Below, piece after piece: positions 1 to 12,000 of a DNA stretch of 64,000 bases; position 1 is the first letter of the stretch, and every line of letters begins with the position of its first letter. The stretch is taken from NCBI GenBank assembly GCA_977017645.1, contig OZ360229.1, forward strand, positions 22,816,001 through 22,880,000, given 5' to 3'. The position numbers and the translations under genes were made by a program. The notes under the pieces are model-generated. The model saw only the letters and a list, made by a program, of their open reading frames with translations. It did not search any database and was not told the DNA's origin. The DNA comes from Torpedo marmorata. Lineage: Eukaryota.

Positions 1-1117
1 GTTGAACCCCTGGTCTTGGAGTTTGCTGATCAGTTTTGAGGGGATGATGGTGTTAAACACCCCACTGTGTAATTGGATCTTTGATTTCCTCACCTACAGA
101 CCACAATCAGTGAGGATTGGTAAGAACATCTCCTCCACAATCTCCATCAGTACTGGAGCACCACGGAGCTGTGTTCTTAGCCCCCTGCTCTACTCACTTT
201 ACACCCACGACTGTGTGGCTCGGTACGACAACAACACCATCTGCAAATTCGCTGACGATACCATGGTAGTGAGTTGTATAAAAAGGGACGATGAGTCAGC
301 ATACAGGAGGGAGATTGAAAACATGGCTGAATGGTGCACCAACAACAAAACCAAGGAGCTGATTGTTGACTTCAGGAAGGGAATGATCCAGTGATCATTG
401 GGGGAAATCAGAGGTGGAGAGGGTGAGCAAATTTAAGTTCTTGGTAGTCACTACCTCAGAGGATCTTTCCTGGACCCAACACTCTAATGGCATCGTGAAG
501 AAAGCATGTCAGCGCCTCTCCTTCCTCAGGAGTTTGCGTTGGTTTGGTATGACACCAGAAACCCTGGCAAATTTCTACAGATGTGTGGCAGAAAATGTGC
601 TGACCGGCTGCATCACGGTCTGGTTTGGGGACACCAATACCCCTGAGTGTAAAGCCCTGCAAAGATAGTGGACACAGGCCAGGACATCACAGACAAAACC
701 CTCCCCATCATTCAGAACATCTACGGGGAACGCTGCCATCAGAGAACAGCAGCGATCATCAAGGATCCACACCACCCAGCACACGCTCTGTTCTTGCTGC
801 TGCCATCAGGAAAGAGGTATAGGTGCCACAAGACTCGCACCACCAGGTTCAGGAACAGCTCCTACCCCTCCACCATCAGACTCCTCAACAACAAACTCAA
901 TCAGGGACTCATTTAAGGACTCTTACTTTGGCACTTTGTTTTTTGTTCCCCTCTCTGTATTGCAGTTTGTTTACATTTCTTTATTTGTTTACATGTGTAC
1001 GTTGTGTTCAGTTTTTTTTGCACTACCAATAAGTGCTAATTCTGCCTCGGCCACAGGAAAAAGAATCTCAGGGTTGTATGTGATGTCGTGTATGTACTCT
1101 GAAAATAAATCTGAAAT
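1..1117 (+). mobile_element. Rex1/Babar-type LINE, 3' part of RT, degenerate; first ~58 nt inverted
   Basis: Motifs [34 protein letters not shown] are spread over frameshifted ORFs, and the 3' tail is aataaatctgaaat. Positions 1-58 read [14 protein letters not shown] on the minus strand. Confidence 0.85.
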
Positions 1118-3992
1118 ATGAAAGTCCTGGTCTTGACAACGTTGCCCACGTTGGGTAAATGAATATTAACAATTAACCTTGGCCACCCTGTTTCCCCATT
1201 CTTCAAGCTTCCACTTCTCACAGCTGGCCCTGGTCTTCAGATCTCATTCATCTTCAGCCAAGACCAGATACAATGAGCGTGCAGTGAGAGTCTTTATGAC
1301 CCAGCAATGGGAAAGGAAAATTTCACCCAGGGTTCAACCTCCTAATCAAAATCAACCAATTCCTACCAATCCCTGCTATTCCAGTGGTTAGGCAAACAGA
1401 TTGGACAAATACTCACTATCTAAGTTAGTGTTTGAACAGAGCCATATTGAGAAGATGCCAGAGATGACAACCAGAATCTGTCAATGCATTCAGGAGCAAA
1501 CAAGGAAAGACGGCTGAAATAATAAATAGGCAAACCAACATTCCCCGATTGTTTACAGTGTGTAGATAAAGAATTACTGGCAACAGCTTACTGCGTCAAC
1601 TTGGAGTCCATCCAGACTTGTACAGCAACAATACAGAGCTTGCTTTGTCACACACTCTGAGTTTAAAAAGGCATTTGTTCTTAAAGCACAAGCCATGATC
1701 ATTTGAATCTCCACACCCTCACCCCCTCCCCCATGGCTTGACAAGGTGCAGTTTCAGACGAGCAATCAGCCCCAAAGCCTTGCTTGTGTGCCAACTGGTG
1801 ATGGGAAAAATCACTTGATTTGTAGCACTGAAGGCATTTGATGGTTACACCGTCTCCACCATCAGGGTAGCTCATTGTCAATAATCGAAGGATTGAAGGA
1901 TGCTTACATGCAACTGGGAAAAGAAATCCGTTTTTTTTATTTAATAAATATAAACTGTGATTTGAATGTACTGCTTGAAAAGAAAGAAAAAGCAACACAC
2001 ACACACACTTCATAAAAACAATTGGGTAGTCATTGAAAGGTTCCCTGGAGCACTGGTATAGAGGAGGGGAGTGGGACTAAGTGGGAGAATAGATCAGCTC
2101 TTGATGGAATAGTGAAGCAGATGGGGTGAATGGCCCACTTCTCCTATATGTTATGGTCCAATGGGACTGAGTAGATATCTTCAGAGCTTTCGCAGATAGG
2201 CCAAATGGCCTTCTCCTGCACAGCGTGATTCTATAATGATTCACCCAACATTTCATAGCTTAACTGAGTATAGGGTTTCCCACAACAACCAAACAAAAAC
2301 ACGCTCACACACAACAATGGTTACCAGATGGCAAATTAGGAAAAGAAACCCTTGCCAACCACACCTCTCCCGTAGGTTGAGGCAGATAAGATTATTCCCA
2401 GCACCCCATCGGTGATTGCAGACTTGGGACAGTAAAACGTGTGTGGGGAGCACTGTCAATCCGGGCACTTTCACATCTGCCAGCTATTTTATAAATCAGA
2501 ATAGTTTCAGCTGGAAGAGTTTTTTTGTTGCCTTCCTCTGCTCTCTCTTCAGGCAGACGCTAACTCATTCAAATGATAATTACATCCCAAAAGCAGCGCA
2601 CAACAGGGCAGCAGCTCAGGAGGTTTTTAAATATTGAAAGTGTTCAGGCACACAACATCCATGATGTAAAGGAGGAGGCAGAAGAGCAGCAATTTTACTG
2701 GACTGCAATCCAGAGGCCTGGACCAAAGACCAGGAGACTACAAATTCCACAAGGCAGCGAGACAATCCGTTCATGGAAAACTAGTACCATGAGCCCAGGA
2801 AACAAATGAATTCTTTCGTATCTATCTCGTTTACCAGCATCCTTTCGGAGAGAAACTGTGCTATCCTTGCACAATGTAGCCTGTGTGTGTGTCTCCACCG
2901 CGATGTAATGGATTCTTAATGAGCAAGGCACTCAATTCAAAGGCAGTCAGAAGTGGACAATAAACACTGGATTAACTGGTGAAAACATTCTATGGAAAAA
3001 AAATCAGCAGGTTTGGACGAGGGCCGAGCAATTCCTGAGGCCTCAGTAACCTTGTTCACCCCCTGCAGACTGAGGAGCGGTGCCTAGCTCCCGAGTTGGA
3101 CTCGTTCACCTGCACCAACTCAGCTCTGGAAGATGGATCCCAGGCCTTGCCCTGGATTCGGATTACCCACATGATGTCAAAGTCCACGTCAACTGTTCCT
3201 AAATATCTGATTATCAGAGACATTCAAAAACAATTGAAATAACAGAGGTTTAAAAAGAAGATTTAACTGATAATTTATAACTAAGAATCAAATCTTTGAT
3301 GACCTTTTCCTTCAAAGTCCACGACCCCATTGAAACAAATGGAGCATACTCCCTTAGTTTGGAAGTTGCTTGGATTGAGGATAGCTTGCTTCCGCTCTGG
3401 TTTCCTGAGCTCTGGGATGACTGAAGAGGCAACCACACATAGCCTAAGAGGTCCTGTAGATGGCTGGGTACCTTGTGACATGCTGCACTCCGTTTACTAT
3501 TTACACTGGGCTTCTGTGTGCTCCTGGCATGTGGATTCAAGGTTCTCAATGGCCTTCTGCATTGTCCTTCTCCACTTTGAGCAGCAATAGGCTAGGGATT
3601 CCCAAGGGTAAGTGGGAAAGTTGCATCTTTATCAAGGAGGTTTTCAGCACATTCTTAAAGCTTTCCATCAGTCTGCCGGGTAATCTTTTCTTGTGACAGA
3701 GTTCAGAATAAAGTGCAAACCCACTGGCCAGCGCAGTGCCTAGTGCCCCAATGCCACGGGTGACCAACGCTATGATTGGTCCAGCAATAAAATGAGAAAT
3801 CAGATGTCCGTCATCTAACCTCCAGCCCATCCCACCTTTCTGCACAAGAAAGCTTTGGCGCAGACATCAGAAACATGCTGACCTGTGAAGACCACTTCAT
3901 CAGAGGGTCTGAAAGACACAAGAGATCTCAGAGGCTGGAATCTGGAGCAAACAACAATCTGCTGGTGAAACTCAGCAGGTTGAGCAGATCTC

Positions 3993-4495
3993 TGTCTGGT
4001 ATGTCACCAAAGACTCTCGAAAATTTCTACAGGTGTACCGTGGACAGCATTCTGTTGGGCTGCATCACTGTCTGGTATGGAGGTGCCAACGCTCAGGACA
4101 GTAAAAAACTCCAGAGGGTTGTTAACTAGCCCTGCGACATCACAGTACCAGTCTTCATCGACGACATCTAAAAGAGGCGTTGTCTTAAGAGAGCAGCCTC
4201 TATCCTCAAGGATCCCCACCACCCAGGCCATGCCCTCTTCACACTGCTACCATCAGGAAAAAGGTTCAGGAGCCTGAAGACGAGCACCCAGTGGCACAAG
4301 AACACTTCTTCCCCTCTGCCATCAGATTCCTGAATGGACAATGACCCACAGACACGACCTCACTTTCTCCTATTTTCTTGCACTATTTATTTGTTTTTGA
4401 AATGTTATTTATCGCAATATTTGCACTGAAATGCTGCCGCAAAACAACAAATTTCATGACGTGTTCCTGACAATAAATTCTCATTCTTCTGATAC
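3993..4495 (+). mobile_element. Rex1/Babar LINE 3' fragment
   Basis: Encodes GMSPKTLENFYRCTVDSILLGCITVWYGG and ends in the tail acaataaattctcattct. It is similar to the copies at 44811, 55151 and 61547. Confidence 0.8.
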
Positions 4496-4648
4496 TGATC
4501 AGTGGGAGAAAAAGAATGGTCAACATTTCAGGTCAGAGCCCTTCATCGTCTTTTTTCTATTAAAGGGTCTATTCTGTACTACTGTACGTCTACAGCTTCA
4601 GACCAACACCTCACACTTAAGATCATTGTTCTTCGAAGTTCAAAGTCA

Positions 4649-4845
4649 GGTTAGTTTAGCGCAACACTATTACAGCGCCAGCAACCTGGGTTCGAATCCA
4701 GCGCTGTCTGCAAGAAGATTGAACATTCACCCGTGACCTGTGTGGGTTTCCTCCCACCATCCAAATACGTATAGGGTTTGTCAGTTAATTGGTGTATTTG
4801 GCCAGAAGGGCCTGTTACCGTGCTGTATCTCTAATTTTTTTTAAT
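4649..4845 (+). mobile_element. HE1/V-SINE-like tRNA-derived SINE, degenerate
   Basis: B-box-like ggttcgaatcc, V-domain-like gtgtgggtttcctc, and tail ggcctgttaccgtgctgtatctct shared with 54530-54790. Confidence 0.65.
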
Positions 4846-5884
4846 AGATTAAATTAAAAGTGATCTTTAACAATTTTAAAAGGGACAGAGGAATCAAAGG
4901 AGCAAGAAGAATTCAAAACAAACATTTCACTCTTCTGCAGGTTTAATTTATAGCCTGAAAATTGACCAAATTGACTGAGAAGTAGCAAAATATGTGGAAT
5001 CAAACGATCAGGATTGGATTTATATAGCAGAAGATCAACAGCATACTGAGACACCTTATGAATATTTCCAGCTCTAGAGATTCCAGAGATCTCTGCTGAT
5101 TGCCGAAAAGCGACTGCTAATGGTTCCAAAGCCAAATTAAATAGGAAAGGGCTTAAGGGACAACCCTGTCTGGTTCCACGATGCAGTTTAAAGGGTTTAG
5201 ATTTAATTGAATTCGAGAAAATTGAAGCTGTAGGGGATAGGTATATCATTTTAATCCAATTAATAAATCGAGAACCTAGGCTAAATTTCTCAAGTACACA
5301 AAATAAATATTCCCATTCCACTCTGTCGAATGCTTTTTCAGCATCTAAAGAGATAATACATTCAGAGGACGAAACTGTAGGGGAGTAAAGTATACCTTAA
5401 AGACGATAAATATTGAATTGTGAGTAACGTCCTTTAATAAATCCCGTTTGATCCTCAGAAATAATTAAAGGCATAACATTCTCTAACCTTGAGGCCAAGA
5501 TCTTAGGCAGAATCTTGGCATCAAAATTTGGAAGTGAAATTGGTCTGTAAGAGGAACAGTCTAAGGGATCCTTATTCTTTTTAAAATAAGAGAGATGGAA
5601 GCATCATAGAAGGTTTGCGGCAACTTTCCACTAATTGAAGATTGAGCAAAGACCGAGTCCAAATAAGGTATCAGCAAGTGAGTCTGTCTCTTTTAAAATT
5701 GTTAAAGATCAATTTAACTATTTAGGTATTACTATTACTAAAAAGTTTAATTTTTGTTTAAAGAAAATTTCCTTACCCTACTGAATCATGTTAAGAAGTC
5801 CCTATCTCAATGGTCTCCTCTTTCAATTACCTTAATTGGACATGTTAATATTATCAAAATCAATATTTTGCCTAAATTCTTATA

Positions 5885-6747
5885 CAGGTAGTCCTCAACT
5901 TACGACCTACGCAAGTTACGTCCACCCGCACATATGACCAAAATTTTTTTGTATTAAAAGTACTGTATATATGTTGAGATTCTTTATTTCAGTATTTACT
6001 TGAAGTTCATAAAAATCGCATCGTAAAAAAGCGGGGTCGCGCTAAATCGGGGTTTCAATAAAGCGTTGTTACAGTTGAAATTAAAACACAGGAGCGGCGG
6101 CTCAATGCGAGATCAATGGCCGTCTTCATTACCCATAATCCCCCACGCAACTGGAACCGCTCTGCCAGTGCCAGCGCCATGGAAACGCAGAGCTGTTCCA
6201 GCTGCGTGGGGGATTATGGGTAATGAAGACATGTTCGGGGCATCGGGAGCTCAGATGAACGGGCGGCCCAGGCAAGGATCCACGGTCGGGGGTGTCAGGA
6301 GCTCCGATGAGCGGGTGGTTGAAGCGTCGGGAGATCGCATGGGTGGGCGGTCGGGGCGTCTGGAGCTCCGATGAGCGGGTGGCTGGTACGTCGGGAGCTC
6401 GGATGGGCAGGCGGTCAGGGCATCGGGAGCTCAGATGGGTGGGCGGTTGGGGCCAAAAATAGGGGGCGGGGGTGAAAGGTATCCGTTTATGGATCACTGA
6501 TGGTTGAAATGGAGAAAGGAAGAGCTGTTCCATAAGGATGGGTTTCCCTTGAATGAGCTAGGACCAGAATCCAAGTAAATACAACAACTAGAGCTGGAAA
6601 CAAGGCTTTAAACTGAAAATAATGTTGATGGTGGTGGTAGTGGGGGTGGTAGCAGATATGCGCGGCAGGATGAATCTGACTTCCAACCAATCCGAGTTAC
6701 GACCACTCCTTCGGTCCCAATTACGGTCATAAGTCGAAGACTACCTG
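5885..6747. mobile_element. Non-autonomous Tc1/mariner (Tigger/pogo-like) element inserted in L1 'A'
   Basis: TIRs caggtagtcctcaacttacgacc and ggtcataagtcgaagactacctg. Flanks are TA on the left and CA (mutated TA) on the right. The L1 reading frame (PKFLY|TFQAVP) resumes across it. Confidence 0.8.
6234..6450. repeat. GC-rich ~40-bp tandem repeat (about 5 degenerate units) inside the Tigger-like element
   Basis: Recurrent unit resembling cggtcggggcgtcgggagctccgatgagcgggtgg. Confidence 0.75.
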
Positions 6748-9004
6748 CATACTTTTCAAGCTGTACCGGTTTTTGTTCCTAAATCCTTTTTTGATTCATT
6801 AGATTCTCTAATTTCTTCTTTTATTTGGAAAAACAAGCGCCCCGCCTCAAAAAAGATTAACTTCAAAATATTTTTAAAAGTTGAGGTTTGGCATTATCTA
6901 ATTTTAGATTTTATTACTGGGCAGCGAATATTAGATATATTACCATTTGGATTCATTATAATGAATACCAAGGTGCTTCAAGATGGATTGACCTAGAGAT
7001 TAAGTCTACTAAAAGGTATTCTCTCCTTTCGATACTTGGAGCACCCTTGCCTTTTTTGGCTTCCAAGTTAACTGATAATCTGGTAGTTAGACATACATTG
7101 AGAATTCGGTTTCAATTTAGAAAACATTTTGGTTACCATAGGTTTTTATTGATTAGCCCGATTCTATGTAACTCTTTTTTTAAACCTTCAGTTCAAGATA
7201 TCGGTTATACTCGCACAGATTACACAAAGGGAAGTAAAGGATGCAATTAGCTCGTTACAAAGTAATAAAGCGCCGGGAGAGGATGGTTTCCCACCAGAGT
7301 TTTATAAAGAATTCAAGGAATTATTGACCCCTATTTTTATGGATATGTTACAACAAGCATCAGTGACCCATACACTTCCAGAGTCTTTTTCAACTGCAAT
7401 AATTACAGTAATACCAAAAAAAGATAGAGATCCATTGAAACCCTCGTCATATAGACCAATTTCATTACTGAACACAGATTATAAGATTGTAGCAAAAATT
7501 CTGGCAAATAGGATAACAAAATTTCTGCCAAAGTTAGTAAATATGGATCAAACAGGCTTCATAAAAAAAGACAAGCAGCAGATAATGTAGCAAGATTACT
7601 CAGTATTATGTATTTAGCTCAAAAAAGGAAAGTACGAAGTGTAGCAGTGGCACTGGATGCAGAAAAAGCTTTTGATAGGTTAGAGTGGGACTTTTTATTT
7701 AAAGTTTTGGAAAAATTCGGGTTTGGGAAGACTTATATAGATTGGATTAAAGCATTATATAATGCTCCAAAAGCCAAAGTAGTGACGAATGGACAATTAT
7801 CAACCCCCTTTTATTTAACAAGATCTAGTCGGCAAGGGTGCCCACTGTCACCAGCTCTATTTGTATTAGCTATAGAACCATTAGCAGAAGCGATTAGAAG
7901 TGATGTAGAAATTAAAGGATTTACAGTTGGTCAAGAGCAACATAAAATAAGTCTATTCGCGGATGACGTGTTAATATACTTGACTGAACCTGAGACCTCT
8001 TTGCAAAGGTTACATTTTAAATTGGAGGAATATGGAAAAGTTTCTGGATATAAGATAAATTGGGATAAAAGTGAAGTTATGCCTCTTACAGAAGGAGATT
8101 ACGCTATATGCAAAAGAAGTACCCAGTTTAAATGGCCACATAATGGAATAAAATATCTAGGGGTCCGGACACATAATAAATTAAAGAACTTATACAAATG
8201 GAACTATGTACCATTGCTTAATAAGATTAAGGAGGATCTAGAGAAATGGATTAATCTACCAATCACATTGATAGGAAGAGTTAATTGTATTAAAATGAAT
8301 ATATTTCCAAGGATACAGTATTTGTATCAGACTATACCTATTTCACTACCACAGGTATTCTTTCAAGACTTAAATAAACAGGTGCGAAAGTTTTTATGGA
8401 AAGGAAAAATGTCAAGAGTATCGATGGAACGTTTAACATGGAAATATGAAATGGGAGGTTTACAACTCCCTAATTTTAAGAACTATTATAGAGCGGCACA
8501 GATGCGTTTTATTTCTTCTTTTTTTGAAACTGAAGAAAGACCTGCGTGGGTGGGAATAGAGCTTGGAGAAATAGGAGAGAAGACACCACAAGAATTTATA
8601 TACAAATGGAATTCAAAGCTGTTGTCAGGTGTTAAAGAAACACCGTTATTAAAGCATCTGATCAATGCTTGGAATAAGGTTAATGACGATATAGGATTAA
8701 AGGAAATATATCACCTAAAGTTCCATTGATACAGAACAATTTGATACCATTTACAAAGGATAACCCTTTTTTAAATATATGGTCATTAAAAGGAATAAAG
8801 AAAATAGAAGATTGTTATGAAGGAAATCAAATGATGTCATTCGTACAATTACAGAATAAATACGGAATACCTAGAAATACATTTTTTTGCTATCTACAAT
8901 TAATAGCTTATTTAAGAGAAAAATCAGGTCCAGACATGTTGTTACAAGAGTGTAGTGAAGTAGAAACTATTATTAGGAAAGGAAATACTAAGAAATTTAC
9001 TTCT

Positions 9005-12000
9005 TTTTTTTTTTTTTTGAATATTTTATTTAAAATTTTAAATCACATAATACATTATATAAATCGCAAAATTATCAAAATACATGTGATACATTTTCTC
9101 CCTCCCAACCACCCTCCCCACCCTAACCCCCCCGCCCCTCCCTAACCCTCCCACCCCTACTAATCTATAAAATAAAATAAAATAAAGTAAAGAAAAGAAA
9201 AAGAAAAACTAAGGAGAATGTCAATCTAAACTAAAAAATATAACTATAAACTAAAATTTTGTGGAAATTAGGTTACCAGCCTGATCCAATGTTCAGAGAT
9301 CTTCAAATTTTTATTTTTAAGCCGACCAATTTTATATATGGGCTCCATATTTTCGAAAAGAAATGATATTTATTACGTAAATTATAAGTAATTTTTTCAA
9401 GTGGTATACAAGAACGAAGTTCTGCGTGCCACCTTTCTAAACCTAAGTCTACATCAGATTTCCAAGTGATAGCGATACATTTCTTAGCAACCGCTAAAGC
9501 AATTCTCAAAAACTCAATTTGATACATATTTAAATTCATCATAATACTAATTCTTTTAATATCCCCAAATAAAAATATCATCGGATCCATTGGAAGTACA
9601 TTTCTTAATACTTTGTCCAAAAATTCCTTAACTTTAAACCAAAAATCCTGAATCTTTGGACAAAACCAAGTAGAATGTACAAAAGAACCTTCTTCCCCAT
9701 TACATCTAAAACACATATCTGATAACGCTGGATTAAACTTCTTTAATTTTTTAGGTGTCAAATATAATTGATGAAAAAAATTATATTGCACTAATCTATA
9801 TCTGACATTAATAATTTTAGTCATACTTAATTTACATAATTCTTTCCAATGTTTTTCTTCTATAGTTACATTCAAATCTAATTCCCATTTTAATCTTGAT
9901 TTATGAATTGCTACCTTAGGCATTTTCCTCTGTAATAATTTATACATTTGAGAAATAAATTTATTTACACCTCCGTTTGTAACTAATAATTCAAATTCAC
10001 TTTGTCGAGGTAAAACCAAATTATGACCCAGTTTTTCAACTAAAAAAGCTTTAATTTGAAAATAGGCAAAATATGTATTATTTAATATATTAAATTTATC
10101 TTTCATTCTTTGAAAAGTAATAAATTTACCAGCTTCAAAACAATCATTTACCTTCTTAATTCCCTTTAAAAACCAAATTTTAAATAACTGATTATTAAAA
10201 GCAAACGGAATAAGTCTATTTTGATATAAAGGCATATTTGGCGAAATTAAACCTTTCGCTCCTATCTCTTTATCCAATCTATTCCATATTTCTAATAAAT
10301 GTTTAAAAATAGGAGAATTTTTACCATTTATCAATATTAATTTAGAATTCCATTTATAAATAACTTCCTCCTTCAAATCTTCTCCTATATTATTTAATTC
10401 TATCCGGATCCATGCCGAATCTTTTGTTAAGTCGAACAATTCATTAATAAACCATAGTTGAGCTGCTTTATAATAATTTTGAAAATTAGGCAGTTGTAAT
10501 CCACCCAATTCATAATTCCAAGTTAATTTTTCCATAGCTACTCTAGCCAATTTACCTTTCCACAGAAACTTCCTAATAATAAAATTTAAATCTTTAAAAA
10601 ATTTTTGAGGAATTTCATATGGAATGGATTGAAAAAGATATTGAATCCTTGGAAAGATATTCATTTTAATACAATTTACCCTTCCTAATAAAGTTATAGG
10701 TAAATCTTTCCAACTTTCCAAATCTTCTTTAATTTTCGCAAATAATGGTAAGTAATTTAATTTATACAAGTTGGCTAATTTAGTATCTATCTTTATACCT
10801 AAATATTTAATTCCTTCGTTTGACCATTTAAATTGTGTAATTTCTTTACATTTACTATAATCATCTTGTGTTAATGCCATAATTTCACTTTTATCAGAAT
10901 TAATTTTATAACCAGAAATCTCCCCATATTCCCTCAGTATAACATCCAAATGTATTAAAGAAGTAATTGGTTTTGTCATATATATCAATACATCATCTGC
11001 AAATAAATTAATCTTATGTTCTTCATTTCCAACTTTAATACCTGCAATCCTAATATCTTGTCTAATTAATTCCGCCAAAGGTTCAATTGCTAAAACAAAT
11101 AATGCAGGTGATAACGGACATCCTTGTCGCGTCGACCTAGTCAACAAAAACTTTGAAGAAATTTGTCCATTTGTAACCACCCTAGCAGAGGGTTCTTTAT
11201 ATATAGTTTTAATCCAATTAATAAATATAGTTCCAAACCCAAATTTTTCCAATACTTTAAATAAATAATTCCACTCTAATCTATCAAAAGCCTTTTCAGC
11301 ATCTAGTGATAATACTAATGATAATTCCTCTCTCTTTTGTGCCACGTTTATTAAACTAATTAACCTAGCTATATTATCTTTTGAATATCTATTCTTAATA
11401 AAACCTGCTTGATCTTCATGAATTAAATCTGGCAAATATCTAGCAAGTCTATTTGCTAATATTTTCGCCATTATCTTATAATCCACATTTAACAATGAAA
11501 TCGGTCTATAAGATTCTGTTTTCAACGGATCTCTATCTTTTTTTGGTATAACTGTTATTATTGCATTAGAAAATGTTTCCGGTAAAGAATGAGTTTCCGT
11601 TATTTGTTTTAATACTTCCATATATGGGGGTATCAATAGATCTTTAAATTCCTTATAAAATTCTGGTGAAAAACCATCCTCACCTGGAGATTTCCCATTT
11701 GCTAAAGAACTAAGGACCTCATTAACTTCTCTCATCGTAAATGCAGAATCTAAAAACTCTTTACTTCGAATATTTAATCTAGGCAATTTGATCTTAGATA
11801 AAAAAGCATTCACCTTAGAATCACCTTTATCAGTTTGAGATTTATATAAATTTAAATAAAATTCCCTAAAAGAATCATTTATTTCCCGAGGTTTGAACGT
11901 TATCTTCTTTGAATTCTTTTTTTTAACAGCATTTATAGTCCTAGAAGTTTGTTCTTTTTTTAATTGCCAAGCCAACACTTTATGTGCTCTTTCACCCAAT

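Noticed and set aside
6234-6450. Regularly spaced ~40-bp repeats resembling a CRISPR array
   Set aside because: The units are degenerate tandem copies without unique spacers, there are no cas genes, and the context is a eukaryotic transposon interior.
8726-9145. ORF with an FFFF/Pro-rich C-terminus
   Set aside because: It is the L1 B frame running into the antisense poly-A and 3' UTR of L1 C.
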